Below, piece by piece: positions 1 through 6,919 of a stretch of 10,108 nucleotides of DNA. Location: positions 1 through 10,108 of the forward strand of contig NW_021827630.1 of assembly GCF_006345805.1 (NCBI RefSeq). Direction: 5' to 3'. The first letter of the stretch is position 1. Each line of letters starts with the position of its first letter. The DNA comes from Octopus sinensis (taxonomy: Eukaryota). Both the position numbers and the translations under genes were made by a program. The notes beneath the pieces were generated by a model, which saw only the letters and a program-made list of their open reading frames with translations, ran no database searches and was not told the origin of the DNA.

Positions 1-826
1 ACGTGAAGACTGGATACACTGGCCCAGGAAGAATTGCAACCCTGAGTCAAAATCAGTGCGTGACCTGGGCATTGACATGAGCAATGATGCATCTTTCAAA
101 TGCATATTGCTAATCTGGTGATAAAATGCAGACGGCTAGCTGGATGGATTCTCCGAACTTTCAGAACAAGAGAGAAGGAGACACCTGATGGTCCTATGGA
201 AAAACATTTTGTCCTCAGCCGCTTGGACTACTGCTCCCAACTTTGGTACCCACACAATTATAAAACAAACAGCAGAACTCGAAGCAACTCAGAGAAGTAC
301 ACAAAGAAAATCGTCTCAATGCAAAATGTCAGCTACTGGGAAAGACTGAAGGTATTAAACCTCTTCTCCCTGGAGCGGAGGCGGGAGAGATATGCAGTGA
401 TATACATCTGGAAAATCCTGGAGGGTCTTGTCCCAAACTTGGCATTCAAAAGTACTCCAACGCAGAACGCGGGCGCCGCTGCGTGGTGCCAAGGATTCCA
501 ACATCACCATCAAAATACAGGTCCAGATACTGCAACAGCTGGGTTTCAGAGGACCACAGCTCTTTAACATCCTCCCTAAATGCCTGAGAGACTTACATGG
601 TGTGGATGTGGGTTTCTTTAAAACTAAACTGGATTTCTCTTGTTGGGGTCCCGATGAACCTACCTCACGACAGAGACACGGATGCGGGCAGCAGCATCGA
701 ACTCCCTTGTTGATCAAGTGCCACGTACAGAGGTGGATTCACAAACTAGTGTAGCTCATTCAGCGGTGGTGCCCCAGCATGGCCGCGGCCTTCGGGCTAA
801 AACATTTTTAAGGATTTAAGGATTTA
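1..826 (+). mobile_element. 3' portion of a CR1-group (APE-type) non-LTR retrotransposon, decayed; runs off the window's 5' edge; ends in hairpin-bearing 3' UTR and (TTTAAGGA)n tail
   Basis: Manual translation across frames gives motifs typical of the RT C-terminal region of CR1-group ORF2: SVRDLG (53-70), WILRTF, LSRLDYCSQLW, AELEATQR, SYWERLK.L.LFSLERRRERY, WKILEGLVPN, RGPQLFNILP, FKTKLD, PDEPT. Tail: TTTAAGGA at 807-814 and 815-822 plus TTTA 823-826. Clade assignment is by motif recognition only. Confidence 0.9.
3..754 (+). pseudogene. Frameshifted LINE ORF2 (reverse transcriptase C-terminal region) remnant; track ORFs 100..567 and 428..754 are pieces of it
   Basis: Homologous motifs switch frame repeatedly (about 98-100, 183-210, 255-298, 440, 540, 635-655). 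Reconstruction: KSVRDLGIDMSNDASFK/MHIANLVIKCRRLAGWILRTFRTREKE/LMVLWK/FVLSRLDYCSQLWYPH/IKQTAELEATQRS/YTKKIVSMQNVSYWERLKVLNLFSLERRRERYAVIYIWKILEGLVPN/GIQKYSNAERGRRCVVPRIPTSPSKYRSRYCNS/GFRGPQLFNILPKCLRDLHGVDVGFFKTKLD. Confidence 0.85.
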
Positions 827-888
827 TATATATATGTGTGTGTGTGCGTCTGTGTATACACACATGTGTGTGTGTGTGTGTGTGTGTG
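825..888. repeat. Compound (TA)n/(TG)n microsatellite abutting the LINE tail
   Basis: Read directly from sequence. Confidence 0.95.
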
Positions 889-1467
889 ACTAGGCGAGTT
901 ACGTATCTCTGTTTCAAATCTCTTCATTTTCAGAATCATGAAAATCTGTTTTTTTCTTCTTCGTCTCTCTTTCTTATTCATTACTCCTGCAGCAACAAGA
1001 GATTCACTGAGTCAAATGCACTTTGATGCCAATATTGTGCACATTACAACAGCAAACATATTACATTATGCAATAGTTCATGTTTGAAACGCATGGCTAT
1101 GCAATCTTTCTAAGATCAGTATTGCTAATGTGGCAGTTGGTGTTTGAGGAAGAGAAAAATCACGACGAACGGAGTAGGCCTGAATATCCGGGCTGTCCGC
1201 GATAAAATCTATGTAGATTAGCAAATTCAGAAACAGTTCTCGTGTTTTGCATGCGGGTAATTTTATTTTGTTTAGATCCGTTTCGTTTCGATTCGCGTTT
1301 TTCTTTTTTATTTCTTTTTTTTTTAACTATTTCTGCTCATTCCGTTTGTTTTGATGATTTAAAATGATTTAATCGGAGCAGCTTCAAACGCCAGCAAGAG
1401 CAGTGTTAATAGTATAGCAGGGGTATTGGTAACAAGCATGGCGACAAAGCAAGAAGACAAATCCAAC

Positions 1468-1524
1468 GATAATAATAATAATAATGATAATAATAAATAA
1501 TAATAATAAATAATAATATTAATA

Positions 1525-1572
<48 letters not shown>

Positions 1573-1685
1573 TTAATAATAATGATAAAATAATAATATA
1601 ATATAATAATGATGAATAATAAGAATATAAAATGATAATAATAATAATGATAATAATAATGATAATAATGATAATAATAATAATG

Positions 1686-1731
<46 letters not shown>

Positions 1732-1763
1732 TAATAATAATAATGATAATAATAATAATAATA
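1468..1763. repeat. (AAT)n microsatellite of about 296 bp with GAT and single-base interruptions
   Basis: Read directly from sequence. Confidence 0.97.
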
Positions 1764-1839
1764 TGGGCTTCGTATATTTTACCCCAGTGTCACTTTGATG
1801 GCATGAACTGCTCTCTCACTCAATAATAATAATAATAAT
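1764..1839 (+). mobile_element. Putative severely 5'-truncated retroposon 3' end (58 bp unique plus (AAT)6 tail) inside the AAT array
   Basis: Non-repetitive island TGGGCTTCGTATATTTTACCCCAGTGTCACTTTGATGGCATGAACTGCTCTCTCACTC (1764-1821) followed by six perfect AAT units (1822-1839); weak stem GTGTCA/TGGCAT (1787-1792/1799-1804). Identity as a retroposon end is inference. Confidence 0.45.
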
Positions 1840-2137
1840 GATGATGATTATAATGATGATGATGATGATGATGATGATGATAATGATGAGAGGATGATGA
1901 CGATGATGACGATGATGACGATGGTGGTGAGGTTAATGATGATAACAATAATAATAATAATAATGCTGATGGTGGTTGTAGTGGTGGTGGTGGTGATGAT
2001 TATAATCATGATAGCAACAAGGAAAATAACAACGTGATTAGCAACACGAGCAAAAAAGAACAAGAACAACAACATGGCCAACGGACAGCAAATACAATGA
2101 CTGCAAGAACAACTACAACAACACGCACAACAAGAAA
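1822..2137. repeat. Compound in-register trinucleotide array (AAT, GAT, GAC, GGT, AAC/AAG)
   Basis: Read directly; register retention is shown by the 234-nt stop-free minus-strand frame 1848..2081. Confidence 0.92.
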
Positions 2138-2262
2138 GCAGTAATTGAATTATTTATGCTGTTTTAATGGGTGGTAATGGACTCACTTTAGAAGTTGGCT
2201 CACTTGATGAGTGAGATTGATATATCTTCAGTACAGGTTCTTTTGTTGTTGCTTCTCTTTAG

Positions 2263-2295
2263 ACACACGCACGCACGCACACACACACACACACA

Positions 2296-2338
<43 letters not shown>

Positions 2339-2407
2339 ACACACACACGCACACGCACACCACACACATACACACACACATATACGTACACATACACATA
2401 TACACAT
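2263..2407. repeat. (CA)n microsatellite with CGCA and TACA variants
   Basis: Read directly from sequence. Confidence 0.97.
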
Positions 2408-2440
2408 ATGCGTTCATACATATGAGCGTTCACACAATTC

Positions 2441-2462
2441 TGTATATGTATGTATATGTATG

Positions 2463-2496
<34 letters not shown>

Positions 2497-2501
2497 TGTA
2501 T
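2441..2501. repeat. (TATG)n tetranucleotide microsatellite
   Basis: Read directly from sequence. Confidence 0.95.
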
Positions 2502-2830
2502 TTGATTGTAGCTATATCAATTACTCTGTCTATCCATCTAAACATATATCTGTCTAGTACCTAGATGTTCTGTCTTTACTCTATAGCTATCAGTTACGCC
2601 ATAAGATGGTTCTTCAGATAATGTCGAATATGGTCTCTTATTTAACTTTTATTTACTGATTCATAAGACATAACTCTCAGTTTGGTAATATTTTATTCAT
2701 CAGATATGTATTTTCATTGTTTTGATTTCTAAATGCTTATGGTCGTTTGATGAAAGTGTCTATGTTTTTACATATTTGTTTGTCTGTTTCAACATATATG
2801 TTGTGATATCATATCTATGCGTATATCTCT

Positions 2831-3039
2831 CTTACTCTTTTACTCTTTTACTCGTTTCAGTCATTTGACTGCGGCCATGCTGGAGCACCGCCTTTAATCG
2901 AGCAACTCGACCCCGGGACTTATTCTTTGTAAGCCCAGTACTTATTCTACCGTCTCTTTTTGCCGAGCCGCTAAGTGACGGGGACGCAAACATAACAGCA
3001 TCGGTTGTCAAGCAATGCTAGGGGGACAAACACAGACAC

Positions 3040-3070
<31 letters not shown>

Positions 3071-3241
3071 CATATATACGACATGCTTCTTTCAGTTTCC
3101 GTCTACCAAATCCACTCACAAGGCATTGGTCGGCCCGGGGCTATAGCAGAAGACACTTGCCCAAGATGCCACGCAGTGGGACTGAACCCGCAACCATGTG
3201 GTTGGTTAGCAAGCTACTTACCACACAGCCACTTCTGCGCC
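2831..3241 (-). mobile_element. tRNA-derived SINE, family A, full length, with internal (TA)/(TG) tract, LINE-like 3' end and (GAGTAAAA)n tail
   Basis: Minus strand begins GGCGCAGAAGTGGCTGTGTGGTAAG; A box 3231-3221; B-box-like GGGTTCAGTCCC 3189-3178; CTTGGGCAAGT motif resembling the start of CORE-type domains; 3' end GGTGCTCCAGCATGGCCGCAGTCAAATGACTGAAAC followed by GAGTAAAA repeats (2853-2831). Alignable along its length to 4861-5272. Confidence 0.9.
3178..3231 (-). promoter_or_regulatory. Internal RNA polymerase III type-2 promoter (A and B boxes) of the family A SINE
   Basis: TGGCTGTGTGG (3231-3221) versus consensus TRGCNNAGYGG; GGTTCAGTCCC versus GGTTCGANNCC; tRNA-like spacing. Confidence 0.65.
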
Positions 3242-3655
3242 TATCTGTTGCCATTGTTAATTTTTGTGAGTTTTATTGACTTTGCAACGCATGTATATTT
3301 TCATCTCTTGTGATTGTAGATTTATGTCTGTATGTTGTGTGTATGGCGTAAATATTGCGTGTAAAACTAATAAACGTGTGCGTGTGTGTGTTTGTGCGCA
3401 TGCCTGTGTAGTTGAAACAGCTTGGTGGCAATGAATACGTGAATTTACGTGAAAGAAAATGGAAGATGTTTCACTTGGTATCTTTTTCTTCCAAACGACC
3501 TACTTTAGAAGTAAATAAACCAATTTATTGAATTACTAGATGTTCATTTATTGAAGAAACATCAGGAAATTGGTTGTAGGAAGAACGTTTCTGACTTTAT
3601 TATCAATTCTGACGCGGACTATTTTCTGAGAATGCAAGAGAAAATGTCACCTTTG

Positions 3656-3935
3656 ATTTAGGCTTCACGCTACTACAGATAGAATGCTGTTATAATATAT
3701 AGAAAGACATCTTCGTTTTAGTTTGGGTTTCATGCTACTATTGCTGACATGCTACTATAGCAAGAAAGGGTATCTCCTTTTTAATTTAGGTTTTATGTGA
3801 CTAATGTTCTTGGTGTGGTTTCATAGTACTACTGCTGATATGCTGCTGTAGTACATTATAGAGTGACTTCCTTTTGGTCTTGGTTTCATGCTACTGCTGT
3901 TGATGTGCTGTTATAATACATTAAAAGATATCTCC
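3656..3935. repeat. Degenerate minisatellite with a unit of about 65 bp (four near-full units and one truncated unit)
   Basis: Anchor GG(C/T)TTCA(C/T)GCTACT-like motif at 3661, 3726, 3789 (degenerate), 3817 and 3882, with spacings 65, 63, 28 and 65; shared downstream TGCTGA.ATGCTG.TATA and TCTCC/CTTCC + T-run blocks. Confidence 0.75.
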
Positions 3936-4099
3936 GAATGTGAGGGCGAGAAGAAATTAATTCTGTGCGTTTATTTAACATTTTCGTTTGGAGATTTACG
4001 GTCGCTAACCTTTCTGGAGTGCAAAGGAAACAGCAAATATATGAGGATGTATCCGCTAATGCTCATTCAGAGATTATATCCGATTATACAGACTATAGT

Positions 4100-4408
4100 C
4101 ACGTGACTATCACGTGACCGACCAGTCCATTAGATGTAGTTACACATCGCTGGTCACAATGCATTCGCATTGTTTTAGCCTTCGAATGACGCCACCCCGC
4201 TGGCTAAGCGAGCAGGCCAACAGAAGAAAGAGTGGGAGAAAGAGTGGTGAAAGAGTACAGCAGGGATCACCACCCCCTGCCGGAGCCTCGTGGAGCTTTT
4301 TAGGTGTTTTCGCTCAATAAACACACACAACGCCCGGTCTGGGAATCGAAACCGCGATCCTACGACCGCGAGTCCGCTGCCCTAACCATTTGGCCATTGC
4401 GCCTCCAC
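4100..4408 (-). mobile_element. tRNA-derived SINE, family B, full length, flanked by a 12-bp target-site duplication
   Basis: A box TGGCCAAATGG (4396-4386); B box GGTTTCGATTCCC (4353-4341); tail GTCACGTGATAGTCACGTG; TSD ACAGACTATAGT (4088-4099) and ACAGGCTATAGT (4409-4420), 11/12 identical. Roughly 90% identical to 5314-5609 by manual alignment. Confidence 0.93.
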
Positions 4409-4860
4409 ACAGGCTATAGTATAACCTCAAAACCATATGCGTGAGTCTAGAGCGTGTTCAGTCTTCAAAATATATAATTATACTGATAAGATGTTTTCTT
4501 AAACTGACTGGCAGTTATTTCTACACAGTTTCTATATAATCATTGCCATTTTTAAAAATTAATGTCAGATGTATTAGTAGTTGCGTATAAAACTAATTTG
4601 TACATGGAGTTACCGCTGACATTTAAAGGTGGAATTTTCATGTTGTGTCTTTACTTTTGGTTTCACTAGATACAAATCACTCATTTTCTTATGAATAATG
4701 GCTGCTATAGTGCTTTCAAAATTCTTTGTCTAGGGTAGCCTATTTTGAGTGAGCTTAGTTTAATGACTTCTCAGTGATTTAAAAAAATTATAAAAAGCAA
4801 TAGTTTCTTATATAGCAATTATTTAGAATGTCAAAAAGAAAAAAAAGGAAAATTCAGTCA

Positions 4861-5272
4861 AGCGTCAGCGTGGTTGCGTAAGATGTTTGCTTCCTAACCA
4901 CCCGGTTCTGGGTCCAGTCTCATTGCATAGCAGCTTCGACAAGTGTCTTCTACTTGCTCTTGTAAGTGGGCTTGGTTGACGGAAACTGAAAACTGAAAAA
5001 AGCCCATCGTATACGTGTGTGAGTATGTATGAGTGAGTGTGTGTCTCTGTGTCTGTGTTTGCCCTCCACAACCACTTGACAACCGGTGTTGGAGTGTTTA
5101 TGTCCCTGTGACTTAGCTGTTCGGTGACACAGATAGATAGAATAAGTGCCAGGCTTAAAAACTATAAGTGTTGGTGTGGATTCGTTCGACCAAAATTCGT
5201 CAAGCTGGTGCCCCAGCATGGCCCAGTCTTATGACTGAAGTAAGTAAAAGAATAAAAAAAATAAAAGAATAA
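4861..5272 (+). mobile_element. tRNA-derived SINE, family A, older diverged copy
   Basis: Shares blocks with 2831-3241: AAGTGTCTTCT, GACGGAAACTGAAA, internal TG tract (5010-5058), CTTGACAACCG, ACTTAGC, TAGAATAAGT, and the 3' GGTGCCCCAGCATGGCC..CAGTC.4.GACTGAA followed by a TAAAAGAA-type tail. A and B boxes are degenerate; about 20 nt deleted after AAGTGTCTTCT. Confidence 0.88.
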
Positions 5273-5313
5273 TGTCACACACGCAAATACACATACACAG
5301 ATTATATATATTC

Positions 5314-5607
5314 TGGCCCAGTGGTTAGAGCAGCCGTCTCGCGGTCGTAGGATCGCGGTTTCGATTCCCAGACCAGGCATTGTGAGTGCTTATTGAGCGA
5401 AAACACAAAGCTCCACGAGGCTCCGGCAGGGGGAGGGGATCCTTGCTGTACTCTTTCGCCACAACTTTCTCTCACTCTTTCTTCTGTTGGCCTGCTTGCT
5501 TAGCCAGCGGGGTGGCGTCATTTGAAGGCTAAAACACTGCGAAGCGCATTGTGACCAGGGATGTGTAGCAACATCTGATGGTCTGGTCGGTCACGGTGAT
5601 CACGGTG

Positions 5608-5609
<2 letters not shown>
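5314..5609 (+). mobile_element. tRNA-derived SINE, family B, missing about 12 nt at the 5' end, embedded in TA/CA microsatellite
   Basis: A box TGGCCCAGTGG (5314-5324); B box GGTTTCGATTCCC (5357-5369); 34-nt identical block with the 4100-4408 copy; tail GTCACGGTGATCACGGTGAT. Confidence 0.92.

Positions 5610-5672
<63 letters not shown>
5608..5672. repeat. (TA)n-(CA)n-(TA)n compound microsatellite
   Basis: Read directly from sequence. Confidence 0.95.
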
Positions 5673-5674
<2 letters not shown>

Positions 5675-5774
5675 CAACCACACATTATGTAGGTATATGT
5701 ATGTGTGCATTTGTGTAAAATCGTAAAACTATAAATCAGTGATTTGATGAAGTAGTGATCAATGCGATACTTAC

Positions 5775-5815
5775 CAGCCTAAAATAGTCGGCGTGGTCGA
5801 CATTATAGACAAAGA
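5775..5815 (-). other. Candidate 41-nt spliced exon (unconfirmed) with a possible start codon at 5803-5801 (MSTTPTILG...)
   Basis: Acceptor TCATTTTTACCTCTCATAG (5834-5816) and donor CTG|GTAAGT (5775/5774); an upstream donor CAG|GTAAGA at 5967/5966 would give a 151-nt intron. No protein homology recognised. Confidence 0.2.
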
Positions 5816-6322
5816 CTATGAGAGGTAAAAATGATCCACCAATGTCACCGCCTAATGACCGAAGCCAAAAAATAATGATTAAAACTATGTTCGTATATCG
5901 AATGTAAGTATTTATGCATATGTGAGTGTATATATTTACGTATGCTTGTGTGTGTTCTAATCTTACCTGCCGCCCTATGTCACTCCTTTCTGCTTTAATG
6001 TAGCATTAACAATTAATCGTATAGATTTCCTCTTGGTCCTATCTAGAAAATAAGCGATCGATACCACTTTTCGAGTGGAATCTGTCGAACGTTATCAATA
6101 TTTTTCGGGATCTGCTGACTAAAGAATTCAGGCTTTCTGCTATTAAAATTCTAATCCCAATTTCATTGATCATAAACGCAGTTGGAATTTTCGATATTTG
6201 GTTCTTTGTCAATGGAATTCTGTCTTCCTGCTTTTCTTTACTTTTTCGTTTACTTCTATTAAGATATGCGTTGGAAAATTTCTCCTATAAAATTCATCAA
6301 CAGTTTTTATACTAATGCCGAA

Positions 6323-6525
6323 TTCTTCCTCTTCTTCTTCTTCTTCTTCTTTTCTTCTTCTTCTTCTTCTTCTTCTTCTTCTTCTTCTTCTTCTTCTTCT
6401 TCTTCTTCTTCTTCTTCTTCTTCTTCTTCTTCTTCTTCTTCTCCTCCTCCCCCTCCTCCCCCTCCTCCTCCTCCTCCTCCTTCTTCTTCTTACTATTATT
6501 GTTTTCATCATCATCATCATCATCA
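6323..6525. repeat. Compound (TTC)n-(CCT)n-(TTC)n...(CAT)n microsatellite containing a 169-nt pure pyrimidine tract (6323-6491)
   Basis: 30 perfect TTC units at 6352-6441; CCT/CCCCT at 6441-6480; CAT run at about 6505-6525. Confidence 0.97.
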
Positions 6526-6906
6526 TCTGTCGCAGCAACGACGACAATGGCCATATTTCCATTAAGTCTATATATGGATCTCTTTCCGCCATATTACTGG
6601 AATAATATATTAAATTAGTCTGCGACTTCCTCTAACTGCGGTTAATCCACAGATGCAAAAAAACTGATTATTTCTTTTTCTATTCTGCCATGAATAGGAA
6701 GATGCGACTGTCAATGAGAGGTGACAGCCATTGCAAGCAAACATGGTGGATCTGAGTCTCTTCTAGTCCGACGAATCCATTGGACGCTACCGCTGTAGTA
6801 TTATTGATTTTCCTAATATTCTCATAAAAACATACTTCTGGCAGATTAATCGAAGTTGCATCAGTAGTGTATGTACTGCTTAGTGAGAACTTTGTCTCAT
6901 ACACTG

Positions 6907-6919
6907 GGTCACTTTGACC
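6907..6919. promoter_or_regulatory. Perfect match to the estrogen-response-element core GGTCAnnnTGACC (IR3 nuclear-receptor site), function unproven
   Basis: GGTCA-CTT-TGACC at 6907-6919, with an extra TGACC half-site at 6933-6937. Confidence 0.3.

Noticed and set aside
355-717. 120-aa minus-strand ORF
   Set aside because: It lies antisense to the LINE ORF2 remnant and has no recognisable motif.
1632-2564. Poly-I, poly-T/S, HT-repeat and VC-repeat ORFs (also 838..1026)
   Set aside because: They are direct translations of (AAT)n, (GAT)n, (CA)n and (TG)n microsatellites.
2824-3246. TSDs for family A copies (TATCT at 2824-2828 and 3242-3246; GTCA at 4857-4860 and 5274-5277)
   Set aside because: Matches of 4-5 nt in low-complexity flanks are too short to distinguish from chance.
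3656-3935. Regularly spaced ~65-bp motif as a CRISPR array
   Set aside because: The context is eukaryotic, the units are similar along their whole length rather than repeat plus unique spacer, and no cas genes are present.
4330-4408. tRNA-like heads (also 3170-3241 and 5314-5380) as real tRNA genes
   Set aside because: A and B boxes are present but acceptor and anticodon stems do not pair properly, and each head runs into a shared SINE body. The parent tRNA (possibly Arg) could not be assigned.
3005-5380. ORFs 3005..3313, 4114..4320, 4865..5071, 4894..5082, 4950..5219 and 5162..5380
   Set aside because: All fall within SINE copies, mostly antisense; they are non-coding repeat translations.
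5527-5536. GGCTAAAACA shared between SINE B (also 4180-4171, -) and the LINE tail (795-804)
   Set aside because: Only 10 nt, A-rich, about 70 nt from the SINE B end and without the flanking hairpins; compatible with chance.
5995-6088. Small hairpins TTAATG-TAG-CATTAA (5995-6009) and CCACT-TTTCG-AGTGG (about 6064-6078)
   Set aside because: Short stems are expected by chance; there is no second copy, TSD or covariation support.
6209-6605. Poly-R/E, poly-K, poly-S/P/H and poly-L ORFs
   Set aside because: They are translations of the TTC/CCT/CAT array in four frames; the flanking unique residues show no recognisable domain.
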